Shown: piece by piece, positions 28,920-37,842 of the stretch
Position numbering within the stretch: the first letter of the stretch is position 1
How the letters are laid out: every line of letters begins with the position of its first letter
Source of the DNA: Pseudoxanthomonas sp.
Lineage (GTDB): Bacteria; Pseudomonadota; Gammaproteobacteria; Xanthomonadales; Xanthomonadaceae
Reading direction: 5' to 3'
Assembly (NCBI GenBank): GCA_018060215.1
Contig: JAGOWL010000002.1
Location: forward strand, 1 to 42,810
Length of the DNA stretch: 42,810 nt
Notes under the pieces: generated by a model
Database searches by the model: none
The model's input: the letters and a program-made list of their open reading frames with translations, nothing else
Told to the model about the DNA's origin: nothing
Program-made: the position numbers and the translations under genes

Positions 28920-31310
28920 ATGGCAGCTGACCCGGCGATGCCGGCCACGTGGAGCGTCGAGGCGGGCGCCCAGGCCCCGGACCGGCGATGTGCGCATCCG
29001 TTCGGGCTGGCCTGTGCGGCGGGGTTGCTGGGCGGGGCGGTGGCCTGCCTGTTCCTGCCGGTGCTGCTGCCGGCGGCCGTGCGCTGGCTGGCGCTGGTGG
29101 CCGGCCTGGCCGGCTGGTGGCGGCCGTGGCGCGGGCGCGTGCTCGGGGCCTGCCTGGCCGGTTTCGGCTGGACCGGCCTGCAGGCCGGCTGGGCGCTGGA
29201 TGCGCAGTTGCCGGCGGACTGGGAAGGGCGCCAGCTGACCGTGTCCGGGCAGGTGGTGGAGTTGCCCGAGCATGAGCCCCGGCGCACGCGCTTCCGGTTC
29301 CGCGTGGACGACGGCGACGAGGTGCCCGAGGTGCTGCGCGGACGTCTGCTGCAACTGGCCTGGTATGACCGCTACGGGGCGTTCGAACCGGGGCCGCGCA
29401 TCGGCCTGCAGCCGGGCGCGCGCTGGGAGTTGGCGGTGAAGCTGCGGGCACCGCGCGGGCTGTCCAATCCGGGCGGCTTCGATGCCGGGCGGCACGCACT
29501 GGCGCAGCGCATCGCCGCCAGCGGCCACGTGCGCGCGCCGGAGTCGGCCCGTGAACTGGCGCCGGCGGCGGGCATCGATGCCTGGCGCGATGCGATGGCC
29601 GCCCGGATCACCGCGGCGGTGGCCTCGCCGTCCTCGCGTTTCGTGCGGGCGCTGGCGCTGGGCGATACCCGCAGCCTGGACGACGCGGACTGGGAACGCT
29701 TGCGGGCGGTCGGGCTCACCCACCTGATCGCCATCTCCGGATTCCACGTCGGCATGGTGGCGGTGTTCTTCGCCTGGCTGGCGATCCCGCTGTGGTGGCT
29801 GTGGCCGCGCCTGGGCCGCTGGCTGCCACGGCCGCAGGCCGCCGCCCTGGTGGCACTGGCCGGGGCGGCCGGGTATGCGGCGGTGGCCGGGTTCTCGTTG
29901 CCGACAGTGCGCACGTTGCTGATGATCGCGGTGGTGGCCGGCGCGCGCATGGGGCGGCGGCCGCTGGGGGCCTGGCAGGCACTGGCGCTGGCGGTGCTGG
30001 CGATCGTGCTGGCAGATCCGCTGGCGGTGCTGCAGGCCGGATTCTGGCTCAGCTTCGCCGGCGTGGCCTGGCTGGTGTGGTGCCTGCCGCCGCAGGACGG
30101 TCCGCGCAGGCTGCTGCGGGATTTCCTTTCGGCCCAGGGCGTGGCCACCCTGGGGCTGCTGCCACTGGGCGTGGTGCTGTTCAACCAGGCCTCGCTGGCC
30201 GGGCCGCTGGCCAACCTGCTGGCCATTCCCTGGTGGAGCCTGGTGGTGGTGCCGCTGGCCTTGCTGGGTACCGGTCTGGAAGCGCTGCATCCGGGGGCGG
30301 GGGCCTGGGCCTGGCGGCTGGCGGCCGGGTGCTTTGATCCGAGCTGGGCGCTGTTCGAGCGATTGGCCGCCAGCCGGTTCGCGCTGTGGTGGCTGCCGGA
30401 AGGGCGCGACTGGGCACTGCCGCTGGCGATGCTTGGCGCGTTTTGGCTGTTGCTGCCGCGCGGATTGCCGGCACGTTGGCTGGCGCTGTTGCTGTGGCTG
30501 CCGTTGCTGCATCCGCCGCGCGAGCTTCCGGCGCCGGGGGGATTCGAGCTGCAGGTGCTGGACGTGGGCCAGGGCCTGGCGGTGGTGGTGCGCACCACGC
30601 GCCACGTGCTGCTGTATGACGCCGGCCCGGCGGTGCGCGACGGCTGGGATGCCGGCGAGCGGGCGGTGTTGCCGGCGTTGCGTGCGTTGGGGGTGTCGCG
30701 GCTGGACGCGGTGGTGATCAGCCACGCCGACCACGACCATGCCGGCGGCTGGGAGGCGGTGCGGCGCGGGGTACCGGTGGCGCGCTCGCTGGGCCCGGCC
30801 GGGGCGCCGCTGCAGGTGGACGGGCCGTGCCTGGCCGGGGAGGGCTGGCAGTGGGACGGGGTTCGCTTTTTCTTCCTGCACCCCACCGAGTACTTCCCCT
30901 ATCTGGGCAACGAGGCCAGTTGCGTGCTGGTGGTCGACTCGGCGCATGGCCGCGCCCTGCTGCCGGGCGACATCGGCGAGGTGGTGGAACGGCGCCTGCT
31001 GCGCGATCCGGCGCCCTTGCGCGCCCAGGTGGTGGTGGTGGGCCACCATGGCAGCAGCGGTTCCTCCTCGCCGGCCTTCGTCGCCGCCACCGGAGCCCGG
31101 TTGGCGCTGGTGGCGGCCGGGCAGGGCAACCGGTTCGGCCATCCGCGCGCCGAGGTGGTGCAACGCTGGCGCGAGCAGGGCGCCGAGGTGCTGGGCACAC
31201 CCGGCTCCGGGGCGATCCGGGTCTGGCTGGACGAGGAGGGCATGGCGGTGCGTGAACGCCGTCCCTGGCGTGCGCGCCTGTGGGACCGACGCGAGGTACC
31301 GGCCATGTAG
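28920..31310 (+). CDS. comEC: DNA internalization competence protein ComEC/Rec2
   Basis: GLSNPGGFD, GLTHLIAISGFHVG, LDVGQG, SHADHDHAGG, HHGS, NRFGHP; GGAGG SD before ATG 28920. Confidence 0.93.
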   Translation: MAADPAMPATWSVEAGAQAPDRRCAHPFGLACAAGLLGGAVACLFLPVLLPAAVRWLALVAGLAGWWRPWRGRVLGACLAGFGWTGLQAGWALDAQLPADWEGRQLTVSGQVVELPEHEPRRTRFRFRVDDGDEVPEVLRGRLLQLAWYDRYGAFEPGPRIGLQPGARWELAVKLRAPRGLSNPGGFDAGRHALAQRIAASGHVRAPESARELAPAAGIDAWRDAMAARITAAVASPSSRFVRALALGDTRSLDDADWERLRAVGLTHLIAISGFHVGMVAVFFAWLAIPLWWLWPRLGRWLPRPQAAALVALAGAAGYAAVAGFSLPTVRTLLMIAVVAGARMGRRPLGAWQALALAVLAIVLADPLAVLQAGFWLSFAGVAWLVWCLPPQDGPRRLLRDFLSAQGVATLGLLPLGVVLFNQASLAGPLANLLAIPWWSLVVVPLALLGTGLEALHPGAGAWAWRLAAGCFDPSWALFERLAASRFALWWLPEGRDWALPLAMLGAFWLLLPRGLPARWLALLLWLPLLHPPRELPAPGGFELQVLDVGQGLAVVVRTTRHVLLYDAGPAVRDGWDAGERAVLPALRALGVSRLDAVVISHADHDHAGGWEAVRRGVPVARSLGPAGAPLQVDGPCLAGEGWQWDGVRFFFLHPTEYFPYLGNEASCVLVVDSAHGRALLPGDIGEVVERRLLRDPAPLRAQVVVVGHHGSSGSSSPAFVAATGARLALVAAGQGNRFGHPRAEVVQRWREQGAEVLGTPGSGAIRVWLDEEGMAVRERRPWRARLWDRREVPAM

Positions 31311-31448
31311 GCGCCGGGGATGACCGGACATGCGTCCGTGGAGAAGCGCCCGCGACCGGGCTGGCAGGCGCCGGGCTGGCGCCGGTACCGCGTTTGCGGT
31401 CATCCTAGCCGTCCATGGAACAGCGGCTGCGGGCCGGAGGTGGTTCAG

Positions 31449-32132
31449 GTGTGGGAGCTGGTCAAGGCCGGTGGATGGCCGATGTTGCCCTTGCTGCTGC
31501 TGGGCGTGGCGGCCCTGGCGATCATCCTGGAACGGCTGTGGAGCCTGCGCCGCAGCGAGGTCATGCCGCCGAAGCTGGGCGAGGAGGTCCGCAACTGGGC
31601 TGCCCGTGGCCAACTCGATCCGGCCCACATCGAGTCGCTGCGTCGCAACTCGCCGCTGGGCGCCCTGCTGGCCGCAGCCCTGGACGTGCGCCACAAGCCG
31701 CGTGAACTCATCCGCGAACGCATCGAGGACACCGGCCGCCATCTGGTGTTCAAGATGGAGCGCTACCTGAGCGCACTGGGCACGATTGCCGCCGCCGGTC
31801 CGCTGCTGGGCCTGCTGGGCACGGTGGTGGGCATGATCCAGATGTTCCTGGGCGTGCTCGACCACGGCCTGGGCGACGTCAACCAGCTGGCCGGCGGCAT
31901 CGGCAAGGCGCTGGTGTGCACGGCCACCGGCATGATCGTGGCGGTGCCGGCGCTGATCTTCCACCGATTCTTCCGCAGCCGCATCGCCGGCTACGTGATC
32001 GAGATGGAGCAGGAGGCCACCGCCCTGCTCGATGCGCTGGACAACGCGCGCCCGGTCGCGCCATCGGTCAGTGCCGCCCAGGCCGCCGCCGCGCGCCTGG
32101 CCGCCGCACGCAGCGTGCCGGTGGACGGCTGA
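31449..32132 (+). CDS. MotA/TolQ/ExbB proton channel protein
   Basis: MWELVKAGGWPM (GTG start), LGTIAAAGPLLGLLGTVVGMI, GIGKALVCTATG. Confidence 0.9.
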   Translation: MWELVKAGGWPMLPLLLLGVAALAIILERLWSLRRSEVMPPKLGEEVRNWAARGQLDPAHIESLRRNSPLGALLAAALDVRHKPRELIRERIEDTGRHLVFKMERYLSALGTIAAAGPLLGLLGTVVGMIQMFLGVLDHGLGDVNQLAGGIGKALVCTATGMIVAVPALIFHRFFRSRIAGYVIEMEQEATALLDALDNARPVAPSVSAAQAAAARLAAARSVPVDG

Positions 32133-32142
32133 GGTCCGGCCC

Positions 32143-32574
32143 ATGCGCATCCGCGACCAGCGCGCCTATGACGAGCCGGCCATCGACCTGGTGCCGCTGA
32201 TCGACGTGGTGCTGGTGTTGATCGTCTTTTTTGTGATCACCACCACCTTCGACGTGCGTTCGACCCTGCAGCTGCAGTTGCCGGTGGCCAGCGAACAGGC
32301 GCCGCCGCCTTCGCGCGCGCTCAACCTCCTGGTCAATGCCGACGGGCGCTACTTCGTCGGCGAGCGTGAAGTCCTGCGCACCGACATCGAGGCGGTCAAG
32401 CAGGCCATCACCGAAGCGGCCGGCGAGGACCGCGACCAGCCGGTGATGCTGCGCGCCGACGCGCGCACGCCCTACCAGGCCGTGGTCACCGCGCAGGACG
32501 CGCTGGCCCAGCTGGGCTTCCGCCGCATCGCCATCGCCACGGCGCCGGAACCGGCCACCGGGGCCCGCCCTTGA
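32143..32574 (+). CDS. ExbD/TolR biopolymer transport protein
   Basis: IDLVPLIDVVLVLIVFFVITTTF (TM Asp), LRADARTPYQAVV. Confidence 0.9.
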   Translation: MRIRDQRAYDEPAIDLVPLIDVVLVLIVFFVITTTFDVRSTLQLQLPVASEQAPPPSRALNLLVNADGRYFVGEREVLRTDIEAVKQAITEAAGEDRDQPVMLRADARTPYQAVVTAQDALAQLGFRRIAIATAPEPATGARP

Positions 32575-34322
32575 GCGGCAGCACCCCGCCGCCGGTCTGG
32601 CCGATCTACCGGCGCCTGCTCGGCTACACCCGCCCGTACTGGCCGTTCCTGGGCGCGGCCCTGGTGGGCATGGTGGTGGAGGCGGTGGCCGGGGCCAGCT
32701 TCGTGCGGCTGATGAAGCCGCTGACCAACGCCTTCGTCACCCCCGAGCCGTACATGGCGGTGATGCTGCCGCTGGCCATCGTGGGCCTGTTCGTGCTGCG
32801 CAGCGCGGCCACCTTCCTCACCGACTACGGCATGGCCCGCACCGGCCGCAGCGTGGTGCGCGACCTGCGCGAACAGGTGCTGGACAAGTACCTGCGCCTG
32901 CCGTCGGCGCACTTCGATGTCGAATCCACCCCGGTGATGGTCAGTCGCCTGAACTTCGACACCGAGCAGGTGACCCAGGCCAGCTCCGAGGCGCTCAAGG
33001 CCATGGTCACCGATGGCCTGACCGTGGTCGCGCTGCTGGGCATGATGCTGTGGGCCAGCTTCAAGGTGACCGTGGCCATGCTGCTGATCACGCCCTTGAT
33101 CGGGGTGATCGTGTGGTACGTGGGCAAGCGCTATCGGCGCATCAGCACCGGTATCCAGGAAGGCATGGGCAGGATGGCGGCCAGCGCCGAGCAGTCGCTG
33201 GCGGCCCAGCAGGAGGTGAAGGTGCACGGCACCCAGGTGCTGGAGCGGCAGCGCTACGCCGGTTTGGCCAACCGCATCCTGGGCCTGAACATGAAGGTCG
33301 AGACCACCCGCGCCGGCGCCTCGGCCATGACCCAGCTGCTGGCGGCGCTGGCGCTGGCGGCGATCGTGTGGGTGGCCACCCGCGAGGCCCTGCACGGGCG
33401 CCTGGACGCGGGTGATTTCATGGTGCTGATGACCGCGATGATCGGCATCATCCCCTCGCTGCGGCGGGTCACCAACGTGCAGGCCCACATCGCCCGCGGC
33501 GTGGCTGCGGCCGAGCGGCTGTTCGAGATCCTGGACAGCGAGGAGGAGCACGACACCGGCACCCGCACGCTGGCGCGCGCGCGCGGCGAGCTGGTGTTCG
33601 ACCGGGTCGGCCTGCGCTACCGCGACCAGCCCGGCTTCGCCCTGGACGACATCAGCTTCAGCGCCCGCCCGGGCACGGTCACCGCCATCGTCGGCCGCTC
33701 CGGCAGTGGCAAGACCAGCCTGGTGCGGATGGTGCCGCGCTTCTACGAGCCCAGCAGTGGCCGCATCACCCTGGACGGGGTGGCGCTGGACGACTATCGG
33801 CTGGACGACCTGCGCCGGCAGATCGCCCTGGTCGGGCAGAAGGTGATGCTGTTCGACGACACCATCGCCGCCAACATCGCCTACGGGACCGAAGCCGACC
33901 CCGAAGCGATCCGCGCCGCGGCGCAGGCGGCCAATGCCTGGGAATTCATCGAGCGCCTGCCACAGGGTCTGGACACGCCGGTGGGCGAGAACGGCGCGTT
34001 GCTGTCCGGAGGCCAGCGCCAGCGCCTGGCCATCGCCCGGGCGATCCTGCGCGATGCGCCGATCCTGATCCTGGACGAGGCCACCGCCGCGCTGGACAAC
34101 GAATCCGAGCGACTGGTCCAGGACGCGCTGCAGCGGCTGATGCCCGACCGCACCACTCTGGTGATCGCCCATCGCCTGTCCACCATCGAACACGCCGACC
34201 AGGTGCTGGTGCTCGACCAGGGCCGGGTGGTGGAGCAGGGCAACCACGCCGAACTGATGGCCGCCAACGGGGTGTACGCGCACCTGCACGGCATGCAGTT
34301 CCGCGAGCGGCGCGGAGCATGA
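32571..34322 (+). CDS. msbA: Lipid A flippase MsbA
   Basis: TM domain plus GRSGSGKT, LSGGQRQR and LDEATAALD; sits upstream of lpxK; TTGA overlap with the exbD-like gene. Confidence 0.93.
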   Translation: MSGSTPPPVWPIYRRLLGYTRPYWPFLGAALVGMVVEAVAGASFVRLMKPLTNAFVTPEPYMAVMLPLAIVGLFVLRSAATFLTDYGMARTGRSVVRDLREQVLDKYLRLPSAHFDVESTPVMVSRLNFDTEQVTQASSEALKAMVTDGLTVVALLGMMLWASFKVTVAMLLITPLIGVIVWYVGKRYRRISTGIQEGMGRMAASAEQSLAAQQEVKVHGTQVLERQRYAGLANRILGLNMKVETTRAGASAMTQLLAALALAAIVWVATREALHGRLDAGDFMVLMTAMIGIIPSLRRVTNVQAHIARGVAAAERLFEILDSEEEHDTGTRTLARARGELVFDRVGLRYRDQPGFALDDISFSARPGTVTAIVGRSGSGKTSLVRMVPRFYEPSSGRITLDGVALDDYRLDDLRRQIALVGQKVMLFDDTIAANIAYGTEADPEAIRAAAQAANAWEFIERLPQGLDTPVGENGALLSGGQRQRLAIARAILRDAPILILDEATAALDNESERLVQDALQRLMPDRTTLVIAHRLSTIEHADQVLVLDQGRVVEQGNHAELMAANGVYAHLHGMQFRERRGA

Positions 34323-34386
34323 GTTCGCGCGCCCAGCCTGACTGCGGGCAGGCCGGCTGCCGGCATCGGCCCGCGGGCGCGATGCG

Positions 34387-35412
34387 ATGAGCCGCGCTGC
34401 CCCGAAGACGCCGGCCTGGTGGTTCGGCGACGCGGCGGTGCCGTGGTGGGCGCGCTTGCTGGCGCCGGTGTACGCCGGCGCGGTGGCACTGCGTCGGCGT
34501 CTGTATGCGATCGGCCTGCTGCGCGTGCGCACGGTCCCGGTGCCGGTGCTGGTGATCGGCAACCTGGCCGCCGGCGGTGCCGGCAAGACCCCGCTGGCGC
34601 TGGAGGTGGTGCGCAGGCTGTGCCAGGCCGGTTGGCAGCCGGGCGTGGCCAGCCGTGGCTATGGCCGCAGCGACGAGGCCAGTGCGCGCTGGGTCGGCGC
34701 GCAGACCTTGCCGGAGGAGGGCGGCGACGAACCGGTGCTGTTCGCCCGCCGCCTGGGGGTACCGGTGCGGGTGGACCGCGACCGCCATGCCGCTGCCCGC
34801 GCCCTGGTCGAGGCCGGCTGCGACATCGTGGTCTGCGACGACGGCCTGCAGCATTACCGGCTGGCGCGCGATATCGAGATCGAGGTGGTCGATGGCGCAC
34901 GCCGCTACGGCAACGGCCTGATGCTGCCGGCCGGGCCCCTGCGCGAACCTGTGGCGCGCAGCCGTCGCTGCGATTTGCGTGTGGTCAACCTGGGTCATGC
35001 CCTGGCCACGGCGAGCGCGTACGGTTTCGGCGAATGGCCGATGCACTTGCACGCGCGGGCAGCCCTGCCGATGGTCGGCGGACGCGCGCGCGCACTGCAG
35101 TCCTTTGCCGGCATGCGCGTGCACGCGGTGGCCGGGATCGGCAACCCGCAGCGCTTCTTCGACATGTTGCGCGGGCTGGGTATCGGGGTGGTGCCGCACG
35201 CCTTTCCCGACCACCATGCCTATGGCGTTGCGGATCTGGATTTCGGCAACGACCTGCCGGTGCTGATGACCGAAAAGGATGCGGTCAAGTGCGCCGCCTT
35301 CGCCGATGCGCGCTGCCACGTGGTGCCGGTGGATGCCGAGTTGCCCGAGGCGTTCTGGATCGCCCTGGGCGAGCGCCTGGGCCGCCCACCTGGCCCGCGT
35401 GCGGACCCGTAG
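34387..35412 (+). CDS. lpxK: Tetraacyldisaccharide 4'-kinase
   Basis: [44 protein letters not shown]. Confidence 0.95.
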   Translation: MSRAAPKTPAWWFGDAAVPWWARLLAPVYAGAVALRRRLYAIGLLRVRTVPVPVLVIGNLAAGGAGKTPLALEVVRRLCQAGWQPGVASRGYGRSDEASARWVGAQTLPEEGGDEPVLFARRLGVPVRVDRDRHAAARALVEAGCDIVVCDDGLQHYRLARDIEIEVVDGARRYGNGLMLPAGPLREPVARSRRCDLRVVNLGHALATASAYGFGEWPMHLHARAALPMVGGRARALQSFAGMRVHAVAGIGNPQRFFDMLRGLGIGVVPHAFPDHHAYGVADLDFGNDLPVLMTEKDAVKCAAFADARCHVVPVDAELPEAFWIALGERLGRPPGPRADP

Positions 35413-35478
35413 CGGCCCTCCGCGAGGAATCATGCCCGTCACCGACGCGCCACCGTGCTCCATCACCCGGGAGGATCC

Positions 35479-36258
35479 ATGACCGCCAGCCCCGATTTCG
35501 TCGTCGCCATTCCCGCCCGCCATGCGGCCACCCGGCTGCCGGGCAAGCCGCTGCGGCTGCTGGGGGGGGAACCGCTGGTGTTGCATGTGGCCCGGCGCGC
35601 GCTGGACGCCGGCGCCCGCCAGGTCTGGCTGGCCACCGACGATATCCGCGTGGCCGAAGCGCTGGCCGGGGTGGACGGGGTGCGGGTGGCGATGACCTCG
35701 GCCGAGCACGCCTCCGGCACCGACCGCCTGGCCGAATGCGCGGCCATCGCCGGCTGGGCGCCGGACACGGTGGTGGTGAACCTGCAGGGCGATGAGCCCT
35801 TCGCCCCGCCCAGCGGGATCGAGGCCGTGGCCCGCATCCTGGTCGACAGTGGCGCGCCGATGGCGACCCTGGCCGAGCCGCTGCTGGACGCCGCGACCCT
35901 GTTCGACCCCAACACCGTCAAGCTGGTGCGCGCGGCCTCGGGCGATGCGCTGTATTTCAGCCGCGCGCCGCTGCCGTGGCCGCGCGACGCCTTCGCCGGC
36001 GACCGCAGCGTGCTGCCCGCGGGCGGCCACTGGTTGCGCCACATCGGCATCTACGCCTACCGCGCCGGCTTCCTGCAGGCCTTCGCCCGGATGCCGCCGG
36101 GGACGCTGGAACGGATCGAATCGCTGGAGCAGCTGCGCGTGCTCGAGGCCGGCCATCGCATCGCCGTGGCGCTGGCGCCGGAGCCGTTTCCGCCGGGCGT
36201 GGACACCCCCGAGGACCTGGAGCGGGCGCAGGCACGGCTGGATGGCGGGAACCGCTGA
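35479..36258 (+). CDS. kdsB: 3-deoxy-manno-octulosonate cytidylyltransferase
   Basis: [51 protein letters not shown]; GGAGG SD. Confidence 0.95.
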   Translation: MTASPDFVVAIPARHAATRLPGKPLRLLGGEPLVLHVARRALDAGARQVWLATDDIRVAEALAGVDGVRVAMTSAEHASGTDRLAECAAIAGWAPDTVVVNLQGDEPFAPPSGIEAVARILVDSGAPMATLAEPLLDAATLFDPNTVKLVRAASGDALYFSRAPLPWPRDAFAGDRSVLPAGGHWLRHIGIYAYRAGFLQAFARMPPGTLERIESLEQLRVLEAGHRIAVALAPEPFPPGVDTPEDLERAQARLDGGNR

Positions 36259-36284
36259 AGCAGGCCTGGCACGCGCGCGATCGG

Positions 36285-36433
36285 GTGCAAACCCTGGTGG
36301 TTTGCCGGGCGTCGAGTCGCGCGGCCGGCCGGCGGCTGCAGGCGCGCAAGTGTGGTCACTGGTCGATACGGCGGCACAGGCGGTCGACCGCTGCCTGTCC
36401 AGGCGGTCGGGCTCCGGCATAATCGGGCCATGA
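36285..36433 (+). pseudogene. Probable relic of a low-molecular-weight protein-tyrosine phosphatase gene
   Basis: VQTLVVC (from 36285) resembles a decayed N-terminus. QVWSLVDTAAQAVDRCLSRRSGSGIIGP* (36347-36433) resembles the C-terminal helix, and its stop overlaps the next ATG (ATGA). Identity rests on recalled synteny. Confidence 0.45.
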
Positions 36434-37842
36434 ATGCGGCCACCCTCCCGGAACTGCCTGCCGGCATCGACTGGCTCAACGCACAGCCGGCCTCGCTGCA
36501 CGAGCTGCGCGGGCGCCCGCTGGTGCTGGCCTTCGTCAATGCCGCCTCGGCCTGGTGCGCCCAGCGCCTGGCCGAACTGGCGCAGTGGCAGCTGCGCAAT
36601 CCCGGCCGGGTGCAGGTGCTGGTGGTGCAGGTCCCGCGCTTCGACAGCGAGCGCACCCCGCAACGCTCGCTCAAGCTGCTGCGCCGGCTCGGGGTCAGCG
36701 CACCGGTGCTGCTGGACGCCGACTGGGCGGCCTGGCAGCGCTACCGCATCGAGGCCTGGCCGACCCTGCTGATGGTGGATGCACAGGGCTGCGAGCGGGA
36801 GCGCTTCGTCGGCCAGGACGGTGACGTGGAGCGTGCACTGGCCAGCCTGGTCGACGGCCTGCCGAGGCCGCTGGACGAGGACCTGCGCGCCAGCGAGACC
36901 CTGCCCGAGCCGCGCCTGGAACTGCGCTTCCCGGTGGGACTGGCCGCCAACGCCGAGCGCCTGTACATCGCCGACAGCGGCCACCACCGGATCCTGGAGT
37001 GCAACCACCACGGTCGCATCCTGCGCCGGTTCGGGATGGGCACGGCCGACTTCATCGACGGCCCGGCCGACCAGGCCGGGTTCAACCGGCCCCAGGGCCT
37101 GGCCCTGGAGCGCGAACAGCTGTACGTGGCCGACACCGGCAACCATGCGCTGCGCCGGATCCAGCTGCGTACCGGCCAGGTCGACACCCTGTGCGGCAGT
37201 GGCCGCCCCGGTGATCCGGTCGAAGGCCCGCTGCCCGGCGGCGCGCGCAGCCCGCTCAACCATCCGCTGGCCCTGGCCTTGGCCGCCAACCAGGTCTACA
37301 TCGCCAGTGCTGGCGACAACCGGATCTGGAGCTGCGACCTGGGACGCGGCGAACTGCAGTTGCGCGCCGGCACCGGCCGCCTGGAGGTCACCGACGGCAA
37401 CGCCAAGGTGGCCGCCTTTGCCCAGCCCGCGGGCCTGGCCGCGGTGCAGCAGGTGCTGTACGTGTGCGATGCCCTCGGTTCGGCGGTGCGTTCGCTGCAA
37501 TTGCGCAGCGACCTGGTGCAGACCCTGGTCGGGCAGGGGCCCTGGGAGTTCGGCGATGGCGACGGTCCGCGTTCGGCCGCCCACCTGCAGCATCCGCTGG
37601 GGATCGCCCTGAGCCCGGATGCGCCGCTGCTGTGGATTGCCGACAGCGGCAACGGCCTGCTGCGCACCCTGCGGCTGGGGGGCGGCGAGCTGACCACGGT
37701 GGCCCTGCCGCGGCGCCTGCATGGCCCCACCGGCCTGGCCATCGCCGCCGGGGCGCTGTGGATCGCCGAGACCGACGCCCACGGCGTGCTGCGCTACGAC
37801 ATCGCCAGCGGCGCCCTGGAAGACGTTTCCATCAGCGAATGA
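36430..37842 (+). CDS. Thioredoxin-like domain plus NHL beta-propeller protein (NHLRC2/SOQ1-like)
   Basis: LPELPAGIDWLN...LRGRPLVLAFVNAASAWC...AWPTL, then repeated LYIADSGHHRI / LYVADTGNHALRRI / LWIADSGN NHL units. Confidence 0.85.
   Translation: MNAATLPELPAGIDWLNAQPASLHELRGRPLVLAFVNAASAWCAQRLAELAQWQLRNPGRVQVLVVQVPRFDSERTPQRSLKLLRRLGVSAPVLLDADWAAWQRYRIEAWPTLLMVDAQGCERERFVGQDGDVERALASLVDGLPRPLDEDLRASETLPEPRLELRFPVGLAANAERLYIADSGHHRILECNHHGRILRRFGMGTADFIDGPADQAGFNRPQGLALEREQLYVADTGNHALRRIQLRTGQVDTLCGSGRPGDPVEGPLPGGARSPLNHPLALALAANQVYIASAGDNRIWSCDLGRGELQLRAGTGRLEVTDGNAKVAAFAQPAGLAAVQQVLYVCDALGSAVRSLQLRSDLVQTLVGQGPWEFGDGDGPRSAAHLQHPLGIALSPDAPLLWIADSGNGLLRTLRLGGGELTTVALPRRLHGPTGLAIAAGALWIAETDAHGVLRYDIASGALEDVSISE

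Noticed and set aside
28809-32150. 1113-aa minus-strand ORF opposite comEC and the exbB-like gene
   Set aside because: Q/R/P/H-rich antisense artefact of Leu/Ala/Trp-rich sense codons.
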